From Antedon mediterranea (Eukaryota; Animalia; Echinodermata), in contig NC_092673.1 of the NCBI RefSeq assembly GCF_964355755.1, forward strand, positions 30,873,648-30,937,647: a stretch of 64,000 nt of DNA, read 5' to 3'. Within the stretch, counting starts at the first letter, position 1; each line of letters begins with the position of its first letter. The position numbers and the translations under genes were made by a program. This document shows, in pieces, positions 1 through 13,050 of this stretch. The notes below the pieces were generated by a model. The model searched no databases and was not told the origin of the DNA. It saw only the letters and a program-made list of their open reading frames with translations.

Positions 1-693
1 GAAAATTGTCCAGTGGACACTTTCAAACACCGGACACATTTAAATCTTACACCGGCCTAGCCTGACGGTGATCTGATCCCCGCAAAAAAAAAACTTTTTT
101 TCAATCAGTATTAATATTATTATTTTATTTTTCATTTATTATTTGATTTATTAGGCTCAATAGATGCCTAGCAGGCTACTAGTAGGCCTAGTAGGCCTAG
201 CCCTAGATTATATAAATAATAATACATAATAGTAAATACTGTAATTTAATTAATAAAATACAGCTTCCATTTGCTTTACTTTTATGTCATCATATAATAT
301 TATATTATAATTATATATACAACCAGACATTAACGTTTTTTTAAAATAATGTTTATTATTTTTTCTGACACTTTCAGGAATCGTTGATGATGCAGAGTTC
401 TTTGTCTTTGTGACTTCAAACGGAGAGTGAAGTGGATAAAAAGATGACACCGGTACCTATCGACATTGTCATACCCAAACTATAATTTAATTATTTAAAA
501 CAACATGTTGAATTACAAATATATATTTATGTTGCAGAGGATTTAGATGAATTACAATACAAATATTTATGTTGAATGCAAACCTACTACACTATACTCT
601 GTAAATTATGTTATTGTCATGTGGTAGACCTTAAAAATTGAATATTTATTGTATTTTAGGCCTATTTTATATTTTATTAATACTGTATTAGTT

Positions 694-1763
694 GGGTGTC
701 ACGAAAGCTCAGACCACGAAAGCTCAGACCCCCTAAGACCTAAGATCACGAAAGCTAAGACCCAACACCTAAGATTACAAATACTAAGATATACTACAGC
801 TTAAAAACAATACTTGTTTATCCATACATAATTTTAAACACAGTAGGTTTCATTTATTACCATAAATATAATTTAATACTACCGCAAAACATAGATAAAC
901 TCACATTATTTTCGCCCGTTGAGTAAATGTATATTTTTTCTTTACAACAAACAAACTTGACGGGTTGTTTGTTGGTATATATTTACTCCATTGTGTTGCT
1001 TCAGAGGATGTTTTTCTTACGCACCTGCCTTTCTTGTATTTTGACTCCAAATTTGTTGACTAACTTTATCCTGAACACCACACTTTAAAATTAGGACTTA
1101 TAAGTACTTTCAGAAGGAGAAACACATAACAAATAAATAAATCCTTTAAATTGATGATTTTACAGGCGTGTTTCTTTGTATACTGTAATGTAACTCCTCG
1201 CGAGCTCCCCGCTCAATGTTTTTGTTTCTATGGAGCGCCAAAAGAGCAACAATAATAGTACAAGTATAAAAACAGAAAGAAAACGAAACAAAAAAACTTT
1301 TAAGTTAAAATTTATTTGCCAGTATTTATTTCTTCGTACTTGCATGATTATACTATTATCATTACAATTTTAATTTTACATTGTTCCATCCACACTGTAG
1401 ATGGACTCCACAGAGTTTTCAGCCCTCTATATAATTTTTGCTCTTTTGACGTTCCATAGAAACAAAAACATTGAACATGGCCCATGGGGTAGGCCTACTG
1501 TACTGTGTGTAGGCTAGTCATTTTGTGTGCGAGAAAAACGTCTGTAAAATCATCAATTTAAAAATGTATTTGTTACTTTTTATGTGATTCTTTTTCATGA
1601 AAGTGCCAATTCTAAGGTGTGGTATTCAGAATAAATGTTGGGAGTTAAAATCAAGGCAGGTGCGAAAGATAAATATTTGTAATCTTAGGTGTTGGGTCTT
1701 AGCTTTCGTGATCTTAGGTCTTAGGGGGTCTGAGCTTTCGTGGTCTGAGCTTTCGTGACACCC
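694..1763. mobile_element. Non-autonomous TIR DNA transposon (fold-back/MITE-like, about 1.07 kb)
   Basis: 90-bp inverted repeats at 694-783 (GGGTGTCACGAAAGCTCAGACC...) and 1674-1763 (...GAGCTTTCGTGACACCC), with internal ACGAAAGCT sub-repeats. No coding capacity and no perfect TSD visible. Confidence 0.8.
1019..1666. mobile_element. MITE nested in the 694-1763 element, related to the 7812-11716 element
   Basis: Degenerate long inverted arms: GCACCTGCC...AAATTGATGATTTTACAG...TTTCTATGGAGCGCCAAAAGAGCAA (1021-1248) against the reverse complement at about 1438-1665. The same motifs occur at 7829-8015 and 11475-11700. Confidence 0.65.
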
Positions 1764-2871
1764 TGTAGTTTAATATTACTATTATTATAATTTCTATTAT
1801 ACAGTACTAGTTTGTACATGTTTTTACCCCAAAAAAATGAATAAATAATTTGTTATTCAATCTAATTGCTTGTTTGTTCATCAATAACAAAACAATTGTA
1901 AGCAAGTATATAACAGTTCTTGTTAGCCGCTTATTTCAGGTCATATTATTAATATTAGCTAGGCCCGACGCGCCCGATCACAACGTCACTAAGTGACTTT
2001 CCACCCCTGGAACAATCGGTCGCTAATAGGGCTAGGCCTCGGACTCGTATAAAAGCTATTATAATAGTTATGATAAATATTCCTCAACTAAAATGTATAC
2101 TGTGATAAATAAACAAGTAATAATATACGTTGTATTGGAATGTATTTATTTATATGAATTCTTATACGCGGACAATTATAAACATCGCGTATATCGTTCG
2201 ATATAAATAAATTCATAAACACGATGACGATGTGTTTACAAAATGGCGGTTTCGCTAGTTTTCGATGGAACAAATAGTGGTACCTTTAGTTTGAATAGTC
2301 GGAGCTGCATCCCAACCACCGAATTTTGTATCTTAATATCGTATTCTGTAGATTATTAATTTTTCTAACAGGGATTTTAAATTCAGGACTGTTCAATTTT
2401 TCTAAATATTTTATTTTAATGATTTTCTAGGGTACAATTTCGAAAAAAAGACATTGGTTGATTTTGCCGTTAAATTACAGATTATCGTTTTGTTCAAATA
2501 CATTTAATTTTACATGACAATATATTAAAACCATTTATGAATTTATTTCACTAACAATATTTTTCCGATAATCAGCTAAATTTACAAATATTGTGTTTTT
2601 CCAACACCCTAAAATTTAGCAATTTTGAACTAAATTAGAAAAGTAGGGCGCCCTCTCCGAGTCGAAATTTGACACGATTTGTCGACTGGCTGTCCCACTG
2701 ACCGGTTACAATACAACACGAACACAGCACTTTGGATCCGTACAATTTAATATGTAAAGTGGTTATATGGTAACTGAAACAATAACAATAACAATAATAA
2801 TAATAGAGCACGGGAGCCAAGCCCATCGGGCACACAATACGCAAATCATCCCGGCTATGTGAAGTGTTACC

Positions 2872-3046
2872 TAGTCTGGGTTCCAGACGGAGTTTTGTCT
2901 TAATATTAGTAAAAAGATAAATATTTTGGCACATATGGCGTTTCATACGTATACTACTTGATTTTGTATTTTCAGACAAAAATCGCGGTCGAAATAAAAA
3001 CAAATAAATAATAAAAAAAAGATAATACAGACTTGGGGCAAGTCTA
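2872..3046. mobile_element. Short non-autonomous Academ(H)-like element (internal-deletion derivative of 5216-6187)
   Basis: Termini TAGTCTGGGTTCCAGAC...AGACTTGGGGCAAGTCTA, each with a small hairpin, flanked by the direct repeat AGTGTTACC (2863-2871 and 3047-3055). Near-identical to both ends of 5216-6187. Confidence 0.75.
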
Positions 3047-3586
3047 AGTGTTACCTAAAACAGTACCACACCAGCCAATGCCGGCGAGAAAGCTATCATA
3101 AATAATAGGCCTATATGTACTAAGATAACAACGTACAGTAGTAATCTATCAAGATCAACTTTAGGTTAAGTCGGTATATCGTAATACATTATTATAAACT
3201 TAGCTACTTACAACAACTGTAAATGCACCAGCATCGCACGATACAATCCCTTGCATGATATGACGAAAGTGATTCGTCCACTAGAACTACGTATATACCT
3301 AACGAGTCACTCGTGCGCTAAAATACTATTCAAATGAGCCACGCTATATGGCGGCAGGTGCGCTAGCCGACACACAATACATGTAATAGGCCTATTCATT
3401 ATTCACAAAGATAGATAAAACTTTTCATTTGCAAAGAAATTGCTTACAAAAGTTTTTTAAGACCATTGCAGCTCTCTTATAATGCATATATAGGAATTTA
3501 TAGGAGTTTATAAAAATTATATAATATATTTAAAATTATTATTTTTTTATCAATTCGCTTCCTTTTTGCGTTCCATCATTTAATGG

Positions 3587-3790
3587 GACCGAGTTGACTG
3601 ATTAGTTTTTTGCTGGGTTGACGTGAGGCCGAGTTGACTTGAGGTCGAGATGACTTGAGGCCGAGTTGACTTGAGTCCGAGTTGACGTGGGTCGATCGAG
3701 TTGACGTGGGGCCGACTCGACTTGAGGCCAATTTGACTAGGGGCCGACATGATTTTGGCCGATACGGTTTAGGGCCGAGTTGGATCGAAT
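3587..3790. repeat. Degenerate tandem array of about 15-20 bp GGCCGAGTTGAC(T/G)T units
   Basis: About 10 imperfect CCGAGTTGAC copies; probably the subterminal array of a DNA transposon end. Confidence 0.75.
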
Positions 3791-5215
3791 TCATACAGAT
3801 CTTATCCACTTAGGCCTACGACTAAGACACTCTTGGAAACTGATGTATTACATCCACTTTTTAATGATACCATGATGACAAAGTATAGAGTGGAACGTCG
3901 ATCATTTTGAAATTCGGCTAAAGGAGTGGTCGAATAAATGGCACCTAACTTTTTTGGATTTAACATCATAAGAATAACAGAATTAACCAAAAAATCTATT
4001 TTGGCACAAATAGCGAGCGGGAAAACATAACAATCCTTACTAGCAGTATCTGGAACCTTATCATGGGGATCAATAATTACAGTAATCTTAATTTGTTGAC
4101 ATTTCGTATCAATTATTTTAAGCTCTGAAAGATTATGGCATCATAGCAAACATTTGATCACGCTCACATGTTACCGTATCTTCTTGTAAATTATTTTGCT
4201 GATAAAAAGGAAATTTACTAGCTACTAATGAGCTAAATAAGCAACATTTCTGAGCATAACAATCCTTAATAAAACAGTACCACATTATCAGGATCAATCT
4301 ACAAAGTAATCATAATTTGGTGACATTTCTTATTCAATTATTGTAAGCCCTGATAGATAATGGTATCATATATTACCGTATTTTATAATAATTTTGCTGA
4401 TAAAAAAGAAGTTTACTTGCTACTAATGAGCTACATAAGCACAATCTCTGATCTACTTTATTGTTAATCAGTGTGTTGTTTTTAACAGTTCCTCTTAATT
4501 CATGATTGTTACTTACTGTACATCAGTTTAGTTACTACTTTCTACATTTGATGATAATCGTTTAACATGATAATAGCCTACTCCGAATAAACAAATAAAA
4601 TGATAATAAACTAATGTTTATATTCCTAGCTAACTTCCCTGTTGAGGGGGAAATGGGGTTTTTTTACGGAAAATTTTACAGGAAGAGTTTTAGTGATGGT
4701 GATCCAAACTTTAACAATATCTACAGGTAAATCAACAATTGGTTATGCTATGCTAACCACATCGCAATCCGGTAATTAACTATTTTATGATGATAATCAT
4801 ATTATGCACTTAATAATGGCAAATCCTAAAAGTTCACATTAAATAAGTCCTAAAATTTAAAAAAAACATCTTCTTATATATGGTCGAAATATCAAAACTT
4901 ATACTATAAAGTATTTTCACACACTGAAATTGTTATTATTATAATCAGATAAATGTTACCAACATTTGAATGAATAATACAAATCCCTATTTTTTAACAC
5001 GAAGGAGCTACGACGAAATTTTCAAAACAATTTATGTGACATAAATCAGGGAGTTGTACAACTCCCTGCATAAATTATTGTTAGAGGGCGGTGTGACTGT
5101 CGTAAGTTCAGAGCCATATATAAAGAGTTACGACATTGAAAATTAGAAGCCATTTTTGTGTCAAAGAATTCGCACGCTGAGGGCGCGCGCGTCTCTTTTG
5201 TATCAGAGCCATATA

Positions 5216-6187
5216 TAGTCTGGGTTCCAGACGGAGTTTTGTCTTAATATTAGTTAAAAGATAAATATTTTGGCACATATGGCGTTTCATACGTATACTA
5301 CTTGATTTTGGATATTCCGTCTGGGGAAACACGCACAAGTCACGTGGTTTGACACCAAGAATTCTTGGTGCATACGATTATCCGGTTGACTAGTTTCAGC
5401 TGCATGCGATTGGCTACTCTCTCGTACACCGTTTAAATATTCATATTTAAGAATTTCAAAGACTCAACAACTAAGATGATGCGCATGCGCTATGTTACGT
5501 TTAGACAATGTGTACTTGGGTACATTTATGAAAGTTCTGAAGGCTAGAAATTATTTTATATGCCTAGTAGTCTGGTAAACATTTGATGGGATCTTTGAAA
5601 CATGAAAACTCCTCTTGATATATGATAGGCTAGCTTCTCCGCAAATCAAACATTGAATGGATCATTTATTACGCGGAGATAATTTTGATTTAATTCCCAC
5701 CCAGACCCTGTCCTGTTCTGTGTGGTGGTGTAGCCCTGTTGTGTGCCGGTGGTATGTAGGCCTACTTCATTGGCGTTTTATTTGGCAGGTCATACGTGCG
5801 AGTTGAGTAGGACCTACGAAAGAGGCCTAGGCCAAGGACTAAACAATTAATAAACAAAACAACTTGGCATTACTATTTTATATTTCAACAGTCTCGATCG
5901 TACATTAAGCACTGGTAGGCCTACGTACTCGATCTCTTTCATTTTGAAACAAAATGATCATTTTGAAACAAAATGATCATTGGTTGATTCGAAATCCATA
6001 TTTACATACCGCCCGCCCCATATAGCCAAATACGGTATGATAACCTACGTCATTCTTATCGTATGTTTGCGGTCTGCAAATCGATTTCTATACGTGTTTC
6101 ACAAGTCTGTATTTTCAGACAAAAATCGCGGTCGAAATAAAAACAAATAAATAAAAAAAAATATAATACAGACTTGGGGCAAGTCTA
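5216..6187. mobile_element. Non-autonomous Academ(H)-like element, 972 bp
   Basis: TAG...CTA termini identical to 2872-3046, with a 10-bp TSD GAGCCATATA (5206-5215 and 6188-6197). TSDs of 9-10 bp with YR termini match AcademH-type elements. Confidence 0.75.
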
Positions 6188-6193
6188 GAGCCA

Positions 6194-7000
6194 TATATAT
6201 AAAGAGTTACGACATTGGATTATAGTCACGTGATATGCAGATCAATTTGTGTCAAACTTGTCTCCGTTAATGCATGTAAAGTATAGGAGCAAGAAATTAC
6301 TTTAAACTTTTTCTTATAATATTAAAAAAAATGTAATTACACATTTTACGGTGGAATATCGACGTGCACAGCGTACAGAACTACTTGCGCCAAAGAATAT
6401 TGCGCGCGCGTACGCTAGTACATTATAACGTTCGATTGATTGATTTTGGAACAAAACATCCCATAACTACGTCCCATTAATAACAATTATGTAATATTTT
6501 CAATTCATAATGCATGTTTGATGACTAAATAAAATAATAAAGTGTCGTGGATATATTTGTTAATATATTGAATAGCGTATGAACAATATTAAAATAATAA
6601 AGGCAAATTATTACAAATGAAATGATGAACGAGTCTCTAAAAGTTTGTGTCAAAAACACACAGAGAGCCATTATACTGTATAAAAAGAGGGGTGAATTTG
6701 TGTGTTTTTTGTATTGGTTCATGCTTTGATGTATCCTGACTTGCATGTAGGCCCTCTAGCATTTATTCTTTTGTTATTATAGACACAATATATATATGTT
6801 ACCAAATTAATACCATTAATAACATTATTTACTAAAATAAAAACGGAATCTAAGCGTTATTTCATTGACAACAAAATCTAAAAATAATGCATGGAACTAC
6901 AAGAAAACACTATACAAAAGAGACGCGCGCGCCCTCAGCGTGCGAATTCTTTGACACAAAAATGGCTTCTAATTTTCAATGTCGTAACTCTTTATATATA
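6194..7000. mobile_element. MITE with TATATATAAAGAGTTACGACATTG terminal inverted repeats
   Basis: 6194-6216 is the reverse complement of about 6977-6999 (CAATGTCGTAACTCTTTATATAT). An extra inverted copy of the right end lies at 5117-5203. Confidence 0.6.
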
Positions 7001-9132
7001 AGTTTTTTCAATATACAGTACCTCCCTATCATTATTATACCATTATACGTTGTAGGCGGCCTACGTATGTTGATTTAATTAATGTTTATTATTAGAACAA
7101 ATAATATAATCACAGACGTATGTCCTATAGGTCTATATTAGTATTTAGAAAGAACTCAGAACTAGACTAGGCTAGTAGAAAGGATATCTAGCCTAGGCTA
7201 GCCTTTATAATATTAGCTACTAAACTCTAGACCTATACTATAGCCTAGCCTAGTAGGCTAGGCCTACTATAGGCCTAGCCTAGTCCAGCGAAAGTAGCCT
7301 ACTAGGTAGGGCATGCAGTGAGTGCGCAGCCTACGTTGTTGGTAGGTGAGAGAGGTAGTTAGGGAATATCTTGAATTTTCTGTGAAAAAATTATTAACAA
7401 AAAAGGCTTTTTTGCAGATTCATACTCTATCACATACAATATACACCAAAAAATTCCCGCCGTGGTTAGGATTCCGGCACTGGAACTCAACTGCCCAGCG
7501 TTAGGGATTCCGACACGCTATTGCGCATGCCCAGAGCGAGGTAATCGGCGACTCTATACTTATCAACGGCGATGGATTATTTCATACTGAGCTGCGCCAC
7601 ACGGTGAACTAGCCTAGCCTAGATGCCTTCTAATATGGGATCCACTAATCTAGGCTAGGGCTACCAGTTAGACTACGTGACCAGTGGGCCTATAGTATTT
7701 ATTTTGTAATTAAAAAGTGGTTGCTTCATTCATATATAAAATTCATATCATATGAATTATATAATTAGCCTACATGACTAGTTTTATGATTTTTCATAAC
7801 GCATTATACTGGGCGCTAGTTCCGTTTCGCACCTGTTTTTTGGTTAAGTAACTTTATCGTGAGTACCACACCTTAGAATTAGGCCTCAAAAATATTTTTA
7901 CAAAATAAATCCTTTAAATTGATGAATTTACAGACGTGTTTCTCGCACATCGGTTCGTGAATTTCGCATACTCAATGTTCAATTTTGTTGTTTCTATGGA
8001 GCGCCAAAAGAGCAATCATAATAGAGGGCTAAAAACTCAATAAATTGCGTATATTTAATGCATTTATTGGTGAAAATTACGTTCAATTTTATCATATTTT
8101 GTCAATGTCAATGCAACAAAAATTTTACTGTTGATACTGTACATGGTTTTTGCAGGAACTTTTAGGAATGAAAATCGACAAATTCATCATCATATTACAT
8201 GTACTGTAGGGGTATACCTGATCTAAATAATATTCCTCTTAGTCTTACTATAGTCTTAGTAGTCCAGTCCCTAAGGGGAGAAAAAGGGGTGGGATGTTAC
8301 CAGACTGGATACAAATTTTTCAATATAGCAGTTTGGTAGAGTATAGTGTGGAGATGCCAAAACAAAGTTACTGGAAATCTGATTTGACCTCTGTGACCTC
8401 TGACCTCAATTTGTATATTTTTCTATTATATAACTAAAAATCGCCATATCTTGACAACGCATGGACATTTTAAATTAATTTTTTTGTCAAAATGCTTGGA
8501 AGATATATATTTATATTCGCTATAATGAAAAAAAATGTTAAAAAATGGCCGCAAAGGCTTTATTTTTCAGTTTGACCTTTGACCTTGATTGCCTAATATC
8601 TCAATAACACGCAATCTCAGAGATTTGAGAATGGGCTCAAAATGTTAAGAAAATAAATCTAATATTTAGTCTAATAGAAACTTTTTTCAAAAAATTACCA
8701 TAAATTAAGCTTTTTTGACCCTTGACCTCTAATGTTTGAATATGTCGATATCTCGGTAACTATTTGTCCTAAAAAGTTCAGTTTGGTGTCAAATTGTTCA
8801 AAATATACACATTTATACTTGCTCTAACAAAATATTTTGTCAGTATTCCTTTGGAAATGTCAATTTGAGCTATGACACATCGTTTTGCATATATTTAGCA
8901 ATTAATAATCTATAAAAAAAGAGGGGAGGGGGTTGGGGTGGATGGAGAGACATTTTTTTACATGTTACACAAATGTTAAACTCTGTCTACACTATAAAAC
9001 TTTATGCGACAAAAAAGTGTGATGTGCCCATATATGGACACGATGACATCATATCACTACCATATTTGGACACATCACACCTTTTTTGTTAAACTAGTTT
9101 ATAGTGTAGACAAATATGTAAAAAATATGTGT

Positions 9133-9197
9133 CTCTCCATCACCCCAACCACCTCTCCATCACCCCAACCACCTCTCCATCACCCCAACCACCTCCC
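9133..9197. repeat. 20-bp tandem repeat x3 (CTCTCCATCACCCCAACCAC)
   Basis: Directly visible tandem copies. Confidence 0.9.
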
Positions 9198-9639
9198 CCT
9201 CTCTCGCATTTCCAATGCTACTGCATGCATCTATACACATCAAAATGGCCGGAATTGTACTGGAAAGTTTTTAGCTACATTTGAAAATAAGTCCCAGAGG
9301 ATGGGTGTATTGTAATGTTATCAAAATTATGTCAATTGTTTGTAATGGGAAAGTTTCAAAACTACATTTGGAATATTTGCTAATAATATCACATGCTATT
9401 ATAGATATACTTATTTTCCCCTGACAAAGTAATTTTGACAAATATTTTTGTTGACTATGCAATTTTAATGTCACACATAATAGTTATTTACTATTTCATC
9501 AACAATTGGATTGAAAAAAAATTATATAGTGCATACCCAAAAAAACTGTAATTCAAAGCAAAAAATAGGCTGGAAGTCAATGTGGTTTTGGTTAAATTAA
9601 CTGTTTATTTTGTCTTTAAAGTGATATTTACTCTATTTT

Positions 9640-10450
9640 TTAGATTAGCCCTTTGATTAAACACCTTTTCAAATGCAGTGAAGATCTTAAGTGTCGCCTT
9701 GTCTTACTAATCTTCCTTAACTACTCTTTTAACGATCGTAATCAATATTTGTTGAGGTATAATTATTCCCTCTAATAATGGTAATGCCTGTTTTATTGAG
9801 TCAAATGCTTTCTGATAATCTCTAAATCAAAGATTTGGTGATATTCATTTCCTTTTTATTTTAGTTGATTAACAAACTGTATAAGATGGTCCTACTGTAT
9901 GAAGCCATATATATTAGTTTATGTACTTCTAGTCGGTCTCTGATTTTGTTTTTTGATTATTTGTGTACATGTGATAATGTTCGTTTGGTCGGTAATGGTT
10001 GATGTCAGTTTTGTCATGTTTTTGTGGTTAAAAGTACATCATTGCTTAATCTCTTCATTTCTTCTGGTTTCAAAGATGTTGTTGTATAGTGTTATGAGCT
10101 GGATGTGTTATTGCCTCATCAAGCTTCATCATCAGTGTTGGAGCTTTGTTTTCTTGCATTTGCCTTAAAGCCTCTTTCATTTTCTCTACAAGAATAGATG
10201 GTAATTTTTTTGACTGCTCACTGGTTCGTTTTCCTTTTATATTCCACTACAGTATGTTCTTGAAAAGAAATCAGCTTTGTAATTAATTTGTCTTTGATCC
10301 TTTTCAGATTTCTAATATTTCAAACATATGTTTTTATTTTTCACTCTTTTCTTCGCTTTTTCCTCACTGTTTTCAACATTTCATTTGTTCAGCATACTTC
10401 AAGCAATGAATTGATAATTAGGTTATGTGTTTTATGAGTATCAAATCGCA
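9640..10450 (-). mobile_element. Decayed RTE-like LINE reverse-transcriptase fragment
   Basis: The minus strand gives DYQKAFDSI (about 9795-9821), plus a YRP remnant (about 9990) and YGF...DHL remnants (about 9884-9910). Many stops and frameshifts; boundaries approximate. Confidence 0.55.
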
Positions 10451-13050
10451 TTGGTTAATTCTTCTTTTCTCTTTATTTAAAAAAAAAATGTTATTCAACT
10501 TTAAGTTTATCTAATTTTATGTTGATATTAAGTGTTGCTCTTACGGTGTAGGCCTACCATGCAATGGAATTATATATTGAAATTAAATTAAACATTAAGT
10601 TTTAAGAAAATTGTAAAAGGTAAACTAAATAGGATATTGAATGTAGTCTGGTCCATTAAATCTATATTTTAGGTATATTATTATAAGTATGACACATGCA
10701 CGCTTAACAGTATATTCTGATCATAACTCAAACTGGCATTTCCAGTTAAAATATGATAACATCTTCTATTAGAGCTAATATAAATGTTTACATTCTGAAC
10801 AATTTGACACCAAATTGAACTTTTTATGAAATTTGGTTACAGAGATACAGACATATTTAAACATTAAAGGTCAAAGGTCAGTAAATGACATTTCCTGTGA
10901 ATTAGGAAGAACATGTTTAATTAGAGTATATATAAATATGTATGCTCTTAACAATTTGAAACAAATTTCAAGAAATTTTGACCAGTAGTTATTGAGATAT
11001 AGTAAGCCGAGGTCAAAGGTCAAAACATTGAGAAATTACATTTCCGGTCGTTTTTTAAAAAAAAGTTCTATTAGAGCGAATATAAATATGTACCCTCTGA
11101 TCTATTTGACACCAATATCATTTCAATTGTCAAACCCGTTGCGGAGATATGGCTGTTTAAGATAGAAATATAAAAATTGAGGTCAGAGGTCACAGAGGTC
11201 AAATCAGATTTCCAGTAACTTTGTTTTGGTATCTCCATATCATGTTCTATCAACATGCCAAAGGGCACACTTGTATCCACTATGGTAACCTCATTTCCCC
11301 TTAGGGACCGGACTATAGGTCTAGGGTTGGTTGCTATTTGAAAACAGCAAATTATTAGCAGTAAAATGTTACAGCATTTTTATTGACAAAATATATTAAA
11401 ATTAAACGTGTATTTCAATAGTAAATGCATTAAAAGAAGACGCATTCCACTGAGTTTTTAACCATCTATTGTTGTTGCTCTTTTGGTGCTCCATAGAAAC
11501 GAAAATATTGAACTTCGAGTATGCTAAATTCGCGAACAGTATGCGAGAAACATGTCTGTAAAATCATCAATATAAGGATTTATTAGTTACTTTTTATGTT
11601 ACGATTCTTCTTCATAAAAGTACTTATGAGGCCCAATTTTAAGGTGTGGTATTCACAATAAGTTTGGAGTCAAAAGGAAGTCGAAATAAAAACAGGTGCG
11701 AAACGGAACTAGCGCCTTATACTGTACATATACAACATGCAATCACAAGTTGATTTGTTGACGGCAGCCACCGCGTGGATGTGAAAAAACTGTTCGGGAA
11801 GTCAGGGTCGCAACGCTAAAAACTGCATTACGATTCTTAGATAGATACTGATACTTAATTCATGTATGGCATTGGCCAAGTTTCATCCATCGCTCTCTCC
11901 CCCGCGCAACGACTATCTAGGCTACACTACAGTAAATCCCTATAACACTCCGACTCTCCGTGGTGTGGCACTTTGGTGCAAGCTATAATTCACTTCCCAG
12001 AGCTCTGGGCATGCGCAATAGCGTGTCGGATTCCCTAACGGTGGGCAGTTGAGTTCCGGTGCCGGAATCCTAACCACGGCGAAAAATTCCTCGAGACATC
12101 AGAGGATGGGGAAAGTGGTTAAACTTGACCTTTGACCTTACAAGGCATATGACACTGTATCTCGGTAACCATTGGTCCGAGAGACTTAGTTTTTGCACCA
12201 AAATGTTCTTTATATACATATTTATATTTACTATAATGAAGTATTTTTTCAAAAATTCATTATAAATTGTGGAAAATGACCTTTGACCTTTTAAGGCATA
12301 TAACACATGTATCTCATTCTCAGTGATCCTTGGTCATAGAGACTTACTTTTGGCATCAAAATGTTTCTTATATGCATATTTATGTTTCTTGTAATAAAGT
12401 ATTTATAAAAAATGAATTAGAAATGGTGGAAAGTCATGACCTTAGATGATCATGAAGCTGTATTCTGAAGACCATAGGTCTTAAACAAATCATAATTTTC
12501 ATCAGAGAATCATTAAAAGAATGTCAAAATTTCAATTCTGTGTATTAAAAAATAGAAAGCAAAAGAAGTTGGCAAAGTCCAAAAGGCAAGTCTGAGTGGG
12601 AGGAGCCATATTAACTAACGTTCGAAACAAAACGCAATTACACACACAAAACAAACACACACGCATATTCACCCGTAATGTATTCCTATCCCAAAAAGTT
12701 AATTATGTCTTCTTACCTCACAAATTTTGTTCTTGTATAATAAAGAACCCTTATCCCAAACAGTTAATTATCTCACATATTTTGTTCTTGTATAATCATG
12801 TATCCCTATGCCAAAAACTTAATTATGTCTCCTCCTAATGTCATATGCTATATGGGATCCTTATGGCATCGGATCTTTTCTGTTCTCTATGGCTCTGTAA
12901 TGGAAATGGGTAAAACATTTGGTCCATTAGTCTGACCCATAACAGGAAAAACTTAATTTAACCCATATGGATTTGCCCGAATGAACCCTCTAAGGACCCT
13001 TTTGGGATCTCTATGTGGTGCACTACATGAGGTCCTGTATTACTATTAGT

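Larger units (their letters stand above)
8260..11315. mobile_element. Non-autonomous Academ-like element (inner shell)
   Basis: TIR TAGTCCAGTCCCTAAGGGGA / TCCCCTTAGGGACCGGACTA (19/20 match). Subterminal inverted block at about 8350-8412 vs 11175-11237. 3-bp TSD TAG at 8257-8259 and 11316-11318. Confidence 0.8.
7812..11716. mobile_element. Non-autonomous TIR element with 8-bp TSD and GG..CC ends (Merlin- or MULE-like)
   Basis: TIR GGCGCTAGTTCCGTTTCGCACCTGTTTTT / AAAAACAGGTGCGAAACGGAACTAGCGCC, with degenerate inverted arms of about 300 bp. TSD TTATACTG at 7804-7811 and 11717-11724. Confidence 0.85.
7458..12081. mobile_element. Non-autonomous TIR element with 9-bp TSD (Mutator/MULE-like)
   Basis: About 80-bp near-perfect TIRs CGCCGTGGTTAGGATTCCGGCAC... 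(7458-7537) and 12002-12081. TSD AAAAATTCC at 7449-7457 and 12082-12090. Confidence 0.85.

Noticed and set aside
2239-2249. YY1-like motif CAAAATGGCGG as the ZER1 promoter
   Set aside because: A single short motif in probable repeat-derived DNA with no convincing splice donor nearby; not enough to call.
3587-3790. Repeat array and the 77-aa ORF 3576-3809
   Set aside because: The ORF is a translation by-product of the GGCCGAGTTGAC array. There are no spacers and no protein-like composition.
2635-5338. Two ORFs (2635-3003 and 5108-5338) sharing KSSSIRMKRHMCQNIY, suggesting a gene family
   Set aside because: The shared peptide is simply the translation of two copies of the same non-coding Academ(H)-like element end.
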